A DNA stretch of 64,000 bases from Octopus bimaculoides (taxonomy: Eukaryota). The stretch's first letter is position 1. Each line of letters starts with the position of its first letter. Under the pieces are notes generated by a model, which saw nothing but the letters and a program-made list of their open reading frames with translations, did not search any database and was not told the origin of the DNA. The DNA lies in contig NC_068984.1 of the NCBI RefSeq assembly GCF_001194135.2, positions 135,787,607-135,851,606 of the forward strand, written 5' to 3'. Shown one piece after another: positions 24,498 through 38,636 of the stretch. A program made the translations under genes and the position numbers.

Positions 24498-26703
24498 GTA
24501 TGGTAAAATATAAACGTAGAAATATAAAATAACCAGGTTAGTGTGTTGGTGAGGGAGAAAAATGAATATATTTCCAGCTGTATGTTACTTTAAATTTTTC
24601 TTTTCTCCGTAATCAGTGTATAATCCTCACCTGGCATTCAGTCTGTCATTTTTAACTTTCACAAAATTTTGGCGTCTCACCACTGTTTCACATTCTATAA
24701 TTCATTATTCTCTGCTTGATTTTCCCATTGACTTGGGTGTCCACCCGTCACAGGGAACTCATTTGACTCTTTACTAACTTATATTTATATCGAAATTCAT
24801 GCAGTATGCTTGTGTCTTGTTACTATCCTAAACTACACTCATATTCCACACTCTGTTCTTCTGTCTACTCGTTATATGGTCCTTCCACATTCCAGCCCGT
24901 ACATTTTTGTGGTTACAGTGAAGGGATTTGAGTAAGGGATTAACTATGTTGCGCTGAAGATCAAAAAGTGATGAACTCATTTCGAAAACTCTGCAGTGAG
25001 CTGTGTCATTGAACAAAGTACTGAATTTCTCATTTGCTTCAGACAAAGAGCGTAAATAAGTACCAGCCAAGTATTGGTGCATCTTTTTGTTATCGGCTAT
25101 CACATCATTGATGAATAGTTGGATTAAATATGAGAGGAACCAGAAAGGGCATATAACTGCTCTGCCTACACAGACACCTCAATTAACTGGCGGAAGCTTG
25201 GTGCACGTTACGAACTCATACACATTTGAGAGTGGCGGATGCTATTATTTTTGTGTAGTCAGTACTATGAGCACTGAAACTCTTTAGTATAGGCTTCTTT
25301 TTCCTTTTCCACATTATACTATGTGTATGGTCACTGTATCGTTCTATCTCCATACTTTATATCTCAATATTCGCTTCAGTCTTTGAATTAATTATACCTC
25401 AGACTTAACACTCGTTCCTTCGAGTTGTTCGCGTTAAATCCAAAACAGAATTATTATTGTTATGGTTTTTTTTTCGGGGGGGGGGGGGCAGTTNNNNNNN
25501 NNNGGGGGGGGGGGTGCAGTTAAGCACCTTTGCTTTCTTTCTGAATGGCAGTGCCCCAGCGAGATCACAATCGCAGGCTGCAAAACGAACGCGTAAAAAT
25601 TATATCCCCGCCGGATTTTCATTGGTGTATGTCATTTTCCAAGGAAAGTAAGAGCCTGTTTATTGACTGATTGATCTGCAAGAAATAGAAAACAATCCCC
25701 TCTCATATTGCCGAGTAATCTCTTTCCAAGAAGAACACGGAATGCTTTTAATCATAGATTTTCACAATCATAGCTGGCCCTATCCTGGACAGTAATAACT
25801 CTTACAGATATAAAAGTTACTCCACCATTCAGATGTGCCGAATAAATAGCAAGTTACTATTCTACTTCAGAGCACGACATACCTAACCCGACCCTTACTC
25901 TTCCAATCATCTTACCCATCACCTGTCGTTAATAAGGTTATTCTTTCATTGACAAATACATCTGATTAGAGAACCTTAGGCAATCGATTCATTTTTATCA
26001 CAAACGCAGAAGATGAAAAATATATGTATGTTTGAAGAATGATATGAATTTTAGATTGTTGTTTTCAGAAAATGAAATAGCATAAAAATCAAAATACGAA
26101 GATAGTGTTATCGCTAAAATTCTCAGGACCAATATTCATAGATATATGTGCTATATTTTGTATGTTATTCACCGCTTAGAAGATGAAAAACCATTAACTT
26201 TTTGGCCGTTTTAGAACATCACCATATCTATATGTGTTTCGATATGTCGGTCGCTGGAAATGACTTTTTATTTAAGCAAAAATCACTTTCAGACAAGCTG
26301 TCTCCATTTGAATGTTTACGAGAATATTTACAGCCTCTCCTTTGAATAAGTTTTAAGAAAAAAGATTGCGTATAACATTTACAAAACTATAGGGTGTTAT
26401 ACCACCAACAAACAAGATTTGAGCGTTGTTGAATGAATCTTATCAAAATGTTCTGGCAGAATGTAAATAGGATTAATTCTCACTCCCTCTTGCTTTTGTT
26501 ATCTTCCCTGGTTCTTCTTTCTCGTATATAAATGTTTGAATATGAAAGTCACACATACACACAAATGAATGCAAACATTTGCTCAGCCAAACAGACACAT
26601 AAGCACACCAAACACATAAGCACGCACGCATTCACTGTACCTATGAGTATGTGCATGTTGGCGTAAAATTATGTTTAAATAGCATTGACTCGCATGTGTT
26701 TGC

Positions 26704-26751
<48 letters not shown>

Positions 26752-29700
26752 TACAAGCGAGACACAGTAAAACATTTAAAAGAAATCCCGTTTGTATACT
26801 GACACTACCTTTGATAACATTCAGTCAGCAAAGCTCAAATTTTGTTTATCGTGTGTGATCTTGTAAAGTTACACTCACAAACGCACATACATGCCCCCAC
26901 GGACTCACACACTCACGCACACATACATCCCCCACGCACTCACACACGCACACTCACACACGCACACGCACACAGACAAACATACAAACATACATGTATA
27001 GTTGGAGAAAGAATCTATATTCTACCGTGCGTGCGAGTATGCCACTATTACATTAAGAAATTAGTCTTCTGTGAGATAATTGGTAAGGATTGTGCCAATC
27101 TTCGATTGCTAAACTCCTTCAGTAATTCTTTAATTTGTCTCAGAACCTCTATGTACCTAAAAATCATTTCAGATTTATGAGAATAATATGCAATCACGTG
27201 AATGATAGAGAGATGAAATATTCTGGCAAAATACCTTAATAGCGCAAGTCTTTTATGTTCTGAACTTGAGAAAAACACTCCAATTACAATCAATTCACTT
27301 AAAGTCCGAAACCTCATCACACAAGCATCGTTTATCTTCTCTGTAGTGTTCCAACGTTAGTATATTATAGCTGTATTTAAAGTACACGATTATCGAGATC
27401 ACTGAAATTAATTATGCTATANNNNNNNNNNNNNNNNNNNNNNNNNNNNNNNNNNNNNNNNNNNNNNNNNNNNNNNNNNNNNNNNNNNNNNNNNNNNNNN
27501 NNNNNNNNNNNNNNNNNNNNNNNNNNNNNNNNNNNNNNNNNNNNNNNNNNNNNNNNNNNNNNNNNNNNNNNNNNNNNNNNNNNNNNNNNNNNNNNNNNNN
27601 NNNNNNNNNNNNNNNNNNNNNNNNNNNNNNNNNNNNNNNNNNNNNNNNNNNNNNNNNNNNNNNNNNNNNNNNNNNNNNNNNNNNNNNNNNNNNNNNNNNN
27701 NNNNNNNNNNNNNNNNNNNNNNNNNNNNNNNNNNNNNNNNNNNNNNNNNNNNNNNNNNNNNNNNNNNNNNNNNNNNNNNNNNNNNNNNNNNNNNNNNNNN
27801 NNNNNNNNNNNNNNNNNNNNNNNNNNNNNNNNNNNNNNNNNNNNNNNNNNNNNNNNNNNNNNNNNNNNNNNNNNNNNNNNNNNNNNNNNNNNNNNNNNNN
27901 NNNNNNNNNNNNNNNNNNNNNNNNNNNNNNNNNNNNNNNNNNATATATATATATATTCAAATGATTAAGGAGGGACAGTACACATCTCCAACGCACCTGA
28001 GAGAGCAAAATAAATGAATAGGACGTATACGAGAGCAGTTTGAGGTATCTAACAAGTAAACTATTTGCCTACGCCATTCCGTAGTTGTTTTCGACCTAAA
28101 TCATGTACGTCTTTGGATGATTATGCTTGAACGTGATACTGATATTCTGGCAATGTTTGATAAATCTGAAACATGCCTGGAGTTATTTCCACTGCATTTT
28201 ATATGTAATTATAATATTCTGAATGCCTCTTCTGTGTGTTTTCTTCTCGACTAAAGCTATTCATTTGGATAACGACGTGTTATTATTTATTTCGATAATG
28301 AATTTGAAACGATTAATCTTAACACGTTAAAATGATTTCCCTTACTATGTCAAGTACCATAAAGACACATTAAATTTCTTTATATCTTTCATCCCGGTGT
28401 ATTTTCAAGTTGCCGGTACTCAGTGACCATGAACGAAATATTACAAGTACGATATCACCCACTGGCCTTTTAACCTACAGCAGGGTCCGTCCCTTAAACT
28501 GCACTGGAGAAGAAACATTGGATAAAACCTACTGAAGATGTAAATTATATACATCAAAGTTTAGAGTAAATAAAAATTCCCCTGATGAAGCAACAGAGCT
28601 AAAGGAATGAAACGAACACGAAATGGTTTAAGAATGCTAAGCGTTGTAGTTTTATCAATGAAACAACAATCTTTATTACAGAGCTAGCATATAGTGTGTA
28701 GTGGGTCTTATTTCTTTTAGCCTTTAGCCGGGAGATTAAAAAGGCTTTCAAGAATTTTTACAGGGACTCCAAGACTGGTGGGAGGGAACAATAGAATGTC
28801 AAACCCAAGAACTGGACCGAATTTGTGCTACAAGGCTGAGTTCGCTAATGATGCACAAAACGTCATGTGGATGTATTACGATGGGTGACAGATGAAAATC
28901 ACCATGTAGATTACGATATTATTATTGGATATCCATACATGTAGGCCATAGTAGGACTTGAAATCAGATTGTAACGATCCAGAAAAATATCGCAAATCAT
29001 CCAACTCTGGATGTTCATGCGTACACTCCTATGAAAATCAAATTTTGTATATATACGACCAAAGAAAGTCTTCCCCGCCATAAATGATCCCGATTTTCCG
29101 AGAGATAATGCATCAAAGGCGATATTGTCGTTCAGATTGCTTTTGGTTAAGATACAACGGAATTATTTGGGAGGTGTTTAATAGGGGTTTCTTTTAAGTC
29201 AAGTTACAAATTAAACAATGGTCTCAAATTCAATAAAGTCTTCTACAAAAGAGTAGTATATGTGAATAGCATGATTCAATTTATTTATTTCGGGTATTTA
29301 CAACACTATAGTAGATTTCATGCAGGAAAATAGCATATATAATAAAATTAACAAATGTTTAAACAAGTAGCACACACACTTGCACACAGAGATGTAGAGT
29401 ATGAGAATTTGCATAAATAAGTGCACAAACATTTCTACTAAGCATAGATGTTTGTATACGCACCCACACACATATACAAACATATATAAACAAACACACA
29501 ATAACACATATATGTATATATATGTGTGCGTGTCTGTGTGGGCCTCCGTGCATACATTCATATACATATACATATATATACATGGAAATGCACGCATTCT
29601 TATTATACATAATCTTGCTCTTATCTTAGACATGAGAAACTGAATTAACAGGTCAGTTAGTTGATTACTGAAGCAATTTAGTAAACATTAGATACTATAT

Positions 29701-30674
29701 AAATTTATACTTTCAGCGGATGGTATATGTTATGATGGCTACATATATACGCATCAACGCTATAGACTCGTTATTTATAGTTATTTACAATTTTATTATT
29801 CAAGAGATTTTTTTATCGTAAACGAGTTTTGCTAAAAGGCTTCTCATACAATTTTATTGTTATGTTTTATTTTTCATTTAATGGCTAGTAAATTTTATCT
29901 TTGCACATACAACCAATCATATATTGTTTCAAGCGTTGAAAATAATTCTCCTCTTAAATTCCGATAAATTATTCTTTTGTATTATCGATATCTGAATATT
30001 CATATTAACGATTTCCGTTCGTATTATTAAATTTTCGTTCGAATATCGGAACGTGAATCATGGAGTGACAAATTTTGAAGATTTTGTTTTTAATAGATAC
30101 ATTGATTTTGTTTGCATGAATTTCCATACATAGGCATATATTTATACATAGATTTGTGCACGTTTGTATTAGCTATAACATGACTGTCATGTATTTTCTT
30201 AGTTATATATATATATATATATATATATNNNNNNNNNNNNNNNNNNNNNNNNNNNNNNNNNNNNNNNNNNNNNNNNNNNNNNNNNNNNNNNNNNNNNNNN
30301 NNNNNNNNNNNNNNNNNNNNNNNNNNNNNNNNNNNNNNNNNNNNNNNNNNNNNNNNNNNNNNNNNNNNNNNNNNNNNNNNNNNNNNNNNNNNNNNNNNNN
30401 NNNNNNNNNNNNNNNNNNNNNNNNNNNNNNNNNNNNNNNNNNNNNNNNNNNNNNNNNNNNNNNNNNNNNNNNNNNNNNNNNNNNNNNNNNNNNNNNNNNN
30501 NNNNNNNNNNNNNNNNNNNNNNNNNNNNNNNNNNNNNNNNNNNNNNNNNNNNNNNNNNNNNNNNNNNNNNNNNNNNNNNNNNNNNNNNNNNNNNNNNNNN
30601 NNNNNNNNNNNNNNNNNNNNNNNNNNNNNNATATATATTTATATATATATTTCTTCATGACATATATACATATA

Positions 30675-31484
30675 CAACTGCTGGACAAAACAATTGAAAC
30701 AGTAGAAATTTAACTCCAATACTCTAACGATCCATTATAACTTGGTTTTATTTATCTAATTTAATGATTATTTCTACCTCTTTTTTAGATCGTAATATAA
30801 ATTAAGCTAAGATGCCTGACCTCACTGAGTTCGAAAAAGTTCAAATTGCTGGAGATCAAGTCGCAGGAGCTTCCGTCATCAGAACAGTTGAACTCCTTGG
30901 TTTTTGAGAGCCACCATATCTAGGACCATGACGGAATTTGAGAAGCAGAGCAAAACCTCTATCACGAGGAGTAAATCCGGCAGGACTTTGAAGCTCACAG
31001 AGAGAGACCAACGAGGGTTGACTCGCATTGTGATGAAAAGTCACCAGACAACTGCCCCTAAAGTGACTACACAGTTGAATTAACATATGACTAACCTAGT
31101 TTCGAACAGAACTGCTCGTCATGAGCTCAAAAGGTTGAACTGGTGTAGATATCACATGGGCTGGTCGAATGACCAATGGAGGCACGTAATATTCTACGAC
31201 GAGTCCAACAAAATGTCCTAGCTACTAGCCCACGACTTAGTAACTGCGGTAGTTACCTTTTAATAAATATCACACTAGACAAACATTTTGAGTAACATTG
31301 ATTCGTATTTTATGTGTGGATGCAGCACGGGAACGCTTTTAATCCTGACTGTCTTCTTCCTACAGTGAAGCACGGAGGAGGGTATGTGATGGTTTGGGCA
31401 GCCATTTCTTAGAATTCTCTCGGGCCAATCGCCGCTCTGCATGATAGGATCAACAGCAATAATTATCTGAATATTTTGGGAAAT
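30675..31484 (+). mobile_element. Tc1-family transposon: left TIR plus disrupted transposase
   Basis: TA|caactgctggacaaaacaattgaaaca. ATG at 30812 gives MPDLTEFEKVQIAG..AGASVIRTVELLG/RATISRTMTEFEK...RLNWCRYHMGWSNDQWRHVIFYDES, then FNPDCLLPTVKHGGGYVMVWAAIS*NSLGP...NYLNILG. Contains stops, a frameshift and an internal deletion; 3' half missing. Confidence 0.92.
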
Positions 31485-31590
31485 AATAAGAGGGTAAGCA
31501 CATGAATGTGAAACAAGGAAGTTATGCTTTATTAGTCTGAGTAACAGAATTTTGTGATGTGCTTGTACCTTAATTGATAAAGTATATAAA

Positions 31591-31811
31591 TAAAAGGCGA
31601 GCTGGCAGAAACGTTAGCACGCCGTGAAAAATGGTAAGTGGTATGTCGTCTGTGTTTACGTTCTGAGTTCAAATTCCGCCGCGGTCAACTTTGCCTTTCA
31701 TCCTTTCGGGGGTCGATAAATTAGTGCCCGCTGCGTACTGGAGTCGATCTAATCGACTGGCCCCTCTGGCCCGAAATTTCGGATTTTGGGCCAAGAGTAG
31801 AAAAGATTAAT
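31591..31811 (+). mobile_element. SINE family B, near full length
   Basis: ggcgagctggcagaaacgttagcacgcc...gagttcaaattccgcc...ctttgcctttcatcctttcgg...agagtagaaaagatt. Confidence 0.9.
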
Positions 31812-31814
31812 ATA

Positions 31815-31851
<37 letters not shown>

Positions 31852-32464
31852 TTAGTGAAGTCTCTGAACAAGAAATATACGTATGATCCTGATATAACAG
31901 GAAACACAAATAAAAAGAAATTACAAGAAATAACCATTGATATAGATGTGAATACAAAACGACGTGAGAAAGATTATAATATTCGATGAAGGGTTTTCCT
32001 AATTTGATTCTGTGTTATAATTTCGTCTTGGAAAGGATGTTTTCAGAAACCAAAGTCATAATACACAATGTAAAAAAATTAATGGCAATCTTTATATTCA
32101 ACTTCAAAATAGACGCGAGGAAAAGAAATGAAGAAAACTAGTAGTAATATAAGATGTGCATTGTTTAATGTGAAGAGAAGAAGCGACAAAGATAAGGGAA
32201 GTAAGTCAGATATAAAATATGGAATGGCAATAGAAGTGGAAAGATCATGAAATTTACTGACGAAACGATGTGATATTCGGTGTTATCGATGAATATTCGT
32301 ATCTTGTGTCTTAACTGATTTCTTTATTTAGTTGTAGAACACAAGAGTAAGAAACATACACAAATGCATTCATTCACGCACATACCCACATATATGAATA
32401 TAGTTATGTGTAAGAAGATACATACATATCTAGGTAACTACACATATATACACCCCCCACACAC

Positions 32465-32509
<45 letters not shown>

Positions 32510-32580
32510 TGTGTGTATGTGCATATATGTATATATATATATGTGTGTGTGTGTGTGTATATACATATATGTATATTGTG

Positions 32581-32655
<75 letters not shown>

Positions 32656-32919
32656 CGAGTGGGGACAGATAATGAAACGAAATAACCGAGGAAGAAAAAT
32701 AACATTACTTCTAATTATAAAGTGGGTGGAGTTTTGATGTAAGCGATATTGAAAGGAAAGAGACACAGCATAAGAGATAGATTATAGGTGGAGATAAACC
32801 AGAGTTTCTCTCAGCTGCATGTGAGTGATTTATTGATAGAAATACTAAGAGTAGCAGTCAGAGACGAATTGATACAGACTGTGTAACATACAGGAAGAAG
32901 AAAAGTACCGTTGAATCAA

Positions 32920-32957
<38 letters not shown>

Positions 32958-33605
32958 CAAACGTGAAAGATAGAGAGAGGAAGAGATAGAGGGAGCATTC
33001 TTTTAAAGTGGCACATGTTATATTGAGGTACAAAGTGCACGTTAAGATGAATTATGAGAGATATAAGTCGAAAAAATATGCAGGAAGAAATACATAAAAC
33101 GTGACAATATTGGAGATGATTGAAGATAAGGCAGAGAAAAAGAGAGTAGAAATGAAATGAGAGAAAGAAAGAGACAAGGCTGGATAAACAAAGAAGTAAT
33201 TTTGAATTAAAATAGAAATATAATGAGTTATAATAGTCTTAACGTTAGATACAAATAGGGAAAGATTTATACAGAAATTCTCAGCGTGTATGTGTGTATG
33301 TGTAGTGTTGAATGAGTGAGAACATATTGATACATATACGTGTATTTGAATGCGCTTGAGTGAGTCTGTATATGTGTGTGTGTGTCTTTCTATATTTGTT
33401 TATTGGAAGTATAATATAGAGAGGTAGTCGTAGAAAGTCAGAGAGGTAGGACTATAAAAGCCACGGAGTGCAAAAATAGATATTCTAAGCGATATTAATA
33501 AAAAATGTCAGAATGAGCAAGGTTAAGTATATATAAATATATGTATATGTATGATGTATGTATGTATATATGTATGTATCTATCTATATATGTATACACA
33601 CAGAA

Positions 33606-33637
<32 letters not shown>

Positions 33638-33754
33638 GTATACATATATATATATACATATATATATACATATATATACATATATATAGATATATTTATT
33701 TATTTATCTTTTCATCTATCTGTCTCTATCTATCCGTCTCTCTCTCTTTCTCAG

Positions 33755-33837
<83 letters not shown>

Positions 33838-34763
33838 ATTTATGTGTGTGTGTGCATGTGTATGCATATATATATGTGTGTGTGTATGCATATGAAACTT
33901 TCCAATCATGTACGTATGTAATATAGATAAACATATATAGAGAGAAAGACACAGGCAGACGGACAGACAGACAAAAAGACAGATAGACAGACAGTCAAAC
34001 AGATAGATAGATAGATGGATAGAAAGATCGATAGATAGACAGATAGATAGATTGTATATCTAAGGAGAAAAAGGGAAGTACGGAAGACAGAAAGAGATTT
34101 TTTTAAAATTATGTAAAAATAGAAAGATAAATATATGATGACGTGTGTGAAATGTGTAAGAGTGGAATGAAGTTTTGATCTGATAGTTTACAGTTTAGAC
34201 AGGAAAATAATTAGGATGCTGAGGGGGGGGGGGGGTTTTCTAAGGACTTTGGTATTTTTTTTTTTTTAGAATTTCATCTTCATGTTTTATATGTTTTTTT
34301 TCTTATCTCATATAATATCTCGAAAATAAAACTTATAATAATATAATAAATAGATATGTAAAAACCCACGTACACAAACACAAAACTTTCACATGTACAC
34401 ACGTACGCAGATTTGTCCAACTATATAGAAATACAGTAAAACGGAGTCTGAAAAAACGATAAAGTGGAGCAGTAGTAGTAATGCTAAGGTATTAATGGTA
34501 GCTAAAACTGTAAAAACTAAACGAAAAGACGTGTTTGTACATTTCTGAAGGAAATTTAAACTCTAAAGTGAATTCTTTATATTTGTGTTGTTGCAGTTTC
34601 TGGTTTTCGTTCTTGTTTTGGTTCGATTTGTTCTTTATTTTATTCCATTTATTGAAAAGATCAAATTGATTACTTTTTTTTATTTCTTTCATGTGTTATT
34701 ATTCTCATCATCATCAACTTGGTCATCATTATTATCTTCATCATCATCAGGAACATCATCGTT

Positions 34764-34764
34764 A

Positions 34765-34806
<42 letters not shown>
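34764..34806. repeat. (TTA)n microsatellite
   Basis: Direct; preceded by (TCA)n-like repeats. Confidence 0.95.
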
Positions 34807-35666
34807 GTGGCTTCATTTATTTTGTGTTTTTTATTTTTGTTTTACCTTGTTTATCTCTTTCTCTTGACTAATACATACTTAATGTGTAGATAACGAAAAT
34901 CGATAACTGCATACCTAATGATTGATATATACATTCTTTAAACTACTTTCAAGGAAAATTAACCATTTAGTGCTAACATGACTTTTATAGGTCTTTTTAC
35001 CAAACTGAACATCAATGCAACTTTTGGCTTATTTCAATATAGAACTTAACGTTTTATTTAATACAGACATGCATAAATACAAACACATTAATGGGCGTAC
35101 ATGAATAATATCAATCGATCTATTTATTATTTACCGACAGCTCCTTTCGTCTAAGCCTTTCTTTCTTCCCCACTAATGCTTTCCCGATATATGTAAGTGC
35201 TGGGATGTGAACGTACATATGCAGTCGTGATTGCATGTTTGGTGATCATATTTGTGGGTATGTGTGCGTGAAAAATATAAACACAGGTCACATTTGAGTA
35301 ATTTTATATGAACTTGTTTAGGCAAAAACATCAATGATTGCTTTATATCTGAACATAATATTTTCTTTTACTATTGGAATGTGTTTTACGTTTACATCAT
35401 TTAATCTAGTAGATATTTGTGTATATATTACGATATGAGTTACTGTAACAGAATACAAATAGTAAGGAATGCGTAGATGTCAATACGAATCATGAATGTG
35501 TTATAGACGATCCAGTAATGCCTCAAGAAATACGGTACTGATTTCATTCCAAAATGAAAGCAGCTCTATTTCCTATCAAAACTATTAACCCTATACTTAT
35601 GCTTCCACTGTGAAAAGTTACAAGGTTAACATTTGAATATATGTATGTATGCATGTATGTATGTAT

Positions 35667-35723
35667 TCTTTTATTCTTTTACTTGTTTCAGTCATTAGAC
35701 TGCGGCCATGCTGCTGCATCGCC

Positions 35724-35788
<65 letters not shown>

Positions 35789-35930
35789 TGTATACATGCA
35801 AGGGATCCACATAGTTTCCGTGTAGTATAATCCGTTACAGTGCCTCATAAGGCCAGGGCTGCAGAGTGACTGTTTACTAAAGCTCAGTTACAAAGTGATT
35901 TTCTTAACTGCACAGCTATACATGCCTAAG
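35667..35930 (-). mobile_element. SINE family A remnants (tail plus decayed head) separated by (TTA)n
   Basis: ttttacttgtttcagtcattagactgcggccatgctg (tail), (TTA)~20 at 35726-35787, then weak head similarity agtttccgtg...ttcttaactgcacagc. Confidence 0.6.
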
Positions 35931-36654
35931 AGGAGAAATCCAGTTAATCCGATAACATAATGAATATGAAATATTTCAATCTATGTAGGGAAATAGCCTG
36001 GTAACCAAACAATTTAGGATTAAAAGTACATCGTGTGAGTTTACTGGAACAAATAGTATCATAATTCAGAAGATAGTTTCAGACTCAGTATCACAGAAAT
36101 ATTATACAAATATCTTACGAATGCTCAAATATACAGACAAAAACAATGAGGTAAAGAATAGAACGTGAAATAAAATTTTGTGTTACATACCTTTCAAATG
36201 TTGTGGTAAAATTATTTTTCTCATAATTTTTAACTCATTTACATTGAGAAATACATGCTTTTGTCGAAAAATACTGCATTTGTCGTATAAATATTGTAGA
36301 ATAAAATGAGAGGATGCCGATATTATATATTCAGGTGTCAATTTATATACGATACGCCAGTATNNNNNNNNNNNNNNNNNNNNNNNNNNNNNNNNNNNNN
36401 NNNNNNNNNNNNNNNNNNNNNNNNNNNNNNNNNNNNNNNNNNNNNNNNNNNNNNNNNNNNNNNNNNNNNNNNNNNNNNNNNNNNNNNNNNNNNNNNNNNN
36501 NNNNNNNNNNNNNNNNNNNNNNNNNNNNNNNNNNNNNNNNNNNNNNNNNNNNNNNNNNNNNNNNNNNNNNNNNNNNNNNNNNNNNNNNNNNNNNNNNNNN
36601 NNNNNNNNNNNNNNNNNNNNNNNNNNNNNNNNNNNNNNNNNNNNNNNNATATAT

Positions 36655-37048
36655 GATTACCAGCCACATGGTTCTAGGTTCAGTCCCACTGCGTGGCACC
36701 TTGGGCAAGTGTCTTCTCCTGTAGCTTCGGGCCGACGAAAGCTTTGTGAGTGGATTTGGTAGACAGAAACTGAAAGAAACCCGTCGTATATACGTATACA
36801 TATATGTATGTGTGTGTGTGTGTATGTTTGAGTGTCTGTGTTTGTCCCCCCCCCCAACATCCTCGACAACCTATGCTGTTGTGTTTACGTCCCCGTAACT
36901 TAGCGTTTCGCAAAAATGGCTGATAGAATGAGTAGTAGGCTTACAAAGTATAAGTCCTGGTGTCGATTTGCTCGACTAAAAGTAGTGCTCCACCAAGGCC
37001 ACAGTCAAAGATGACTGAAACAAGTAAAAGAGTGAAAGAGTAAAGAGT
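36655..37048 (+). mobile_element. SINE family A, near full length (5' end at a gap)
   Basis: ccacatggttctaggttcagtcccactgcgtggcaccttgggcaagtg...gactgaaacaagtaaaagagt. Confidence 0.92.
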
Positions 37049-37088
37049 ACATATATATATATATATAAACACAACCCGCACGCGCGCA

Positions 37089-37290
37089 TTCTTTTATTCA
37101 CTTATTTCTTTCAATCGATTGACTGCGGTCATGCTGGAGAAACGCCTTTAGTCGAACAATTCGATCCCAGGATTTATTTTTTGAAAGCGTAGTACTTATT
37201 GTATCGGTGTCTCTTGCTGAACTGCTAAGTTACGTGGACATACACACACCAACATCGGTGTCAAGCGACGGTGGGGTAACAAACACAAGC

Positions 37291-37371
<81 letters not shown>

Positions 37372-38005
37372 NNNNNNNNNNNNNNNNNNNNNNNNNNNNN
37401 NNNNNNNNNNNNNNNNNNNNNNNNNNNNNNNNNNNNNNNNNNNNNNNNNNNNNNNNNNNNNNNNNNNNNNNNNNNNNNNNNNNNNNNNNNNNNNNNNNNN
37501 NNNNNNNNNNNNNNNNNNNNNNNNNNNNNNNNNNNNNNNNNNNNNNNNNNNNNNNNNNNNNNNNNNNNNNNNNNNNNNNNNNNNNNNNNNNNNNNNNNNN
37601 NNNNNNNNNNNNNNNNNNNNNNNNNNNNNNNNNNNNNNNNNNNNNNNNNNNNNNNNNNNNNNNNNNNNNNNNNNNNNNNNNNNNNNNNNNNNNNNNNNNN
37701 NNNNNNNNNNNNNNNNNNNNNNNNNNNNNNNNNNNNNNNNNNNNNNNNNNNNNNNNNNNNNNNNNNNNNNNNNNNNNNNNNNNNNNNNNNNNNNNNNNNN
37801 NNNNNNNNNNNNNNNNNNNNNNNNNNNNNNNNNNNNNNNNNNNNNNNNNNNNNNNNATATATATATATATACGACGGGCTTCTTCCAGTTTCCGTCTACC
37901 AAATCCACTCACAAGGCTTTAGTGGGCCAGACGCTATAATAGATGACACTTTCCCAAAGCACCACACAGTGGAACGGAGATGGAGCCATGTTGTTTGAAG
38001 CACGT
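37089..38005 (-). mobile_element. SINE family A, full length with gapped internal microsatellite
   Basis: Tail ttgactgcggtcatgctggag..cctttagtcg at 37120-37170; body cgacgggcttcttccagtttccgtctaccaaatccactcacaaggc at 37872-37920. Confidence 0.9.
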
Positions 38006-38477
38006 TCACTGCCTTTGGCTACCTGATCTCATCAACAGTACTTATATAAATCTCACTAGATTTACTTCAGGTGTTCTCTCGTGTCCAACGAGTATATGGC
38101 ACATGAGAGAAAATGGAATTCACGAGATTCTTTAATTAATCACTACGATTGTTTCGATATATCATGCATTGCTCCCTCGTGTGCAAGATTCTCTTCCTTT
38201 GGTGCTAGTGCATCATTCGGTGTAGATGTACTTCATTAGGTCGACTCTCTCATTAATCTCCGTTTCGCTTATTTTGATGATAAGACATATTGTTATCTGC
38301 CAGTAGCCGGTCGCATGCAAAAAATCATGATCTCTCCTGAATACCACCAGTTTAACGAAAAGCCGATGAAGGAAGACTTTGTATTGCATTGTATTACATA
38401 ATACAATAAAACGTTCCCCCAATGTTGTCTCGTGGTTAATAAGTGGCCAACGCCACACATTCTCGGCTTTTATATAT

Positions 38478-38636
38478 ATACGACGGGATTCTTTCAGTCT
38501 TCGTTTACCAAATCCACTCACAAGACTTTGGTCGGCCCGAGGCTATAGTAGAAGAAAGTTGCGCAACGTGCCACGCAGTGCGACTGGAGTCAGAACCATG
38601 CGATTGGGAAGCAAGCTTCTTACCACTCCTGTTCCT
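38478..38636 (-). mobile_element. SINE family A, head and body only
   Basis: cgacgggattctttcagtc...ggtcggcccgaggctatagtagaag...gaaccatgcg..gggaagcaagcttcttaccac. Confidence 0.85.

Noticed and set aside
24828-25287. Overlapping 91-aa and 66-aa ORFs in unique sequence
   Set aside because: No recognisable motif and no convincing splice sites; this length is expected by chance.
34222-34236. Poly-G/C runs (also about 8210, 25476-25514, 58191) as G-quadruplex elements
   Set aside because: These are simple homopolymers, one of them spanning a gap, and their lengths are unreliable in this assembly.
34585-34893. Hydrophobic 102-aa ORF resembling a membrane protein
   Set aside because: It derives from T-rich, (TCA)n and (TTA)n low-complexity sequence.
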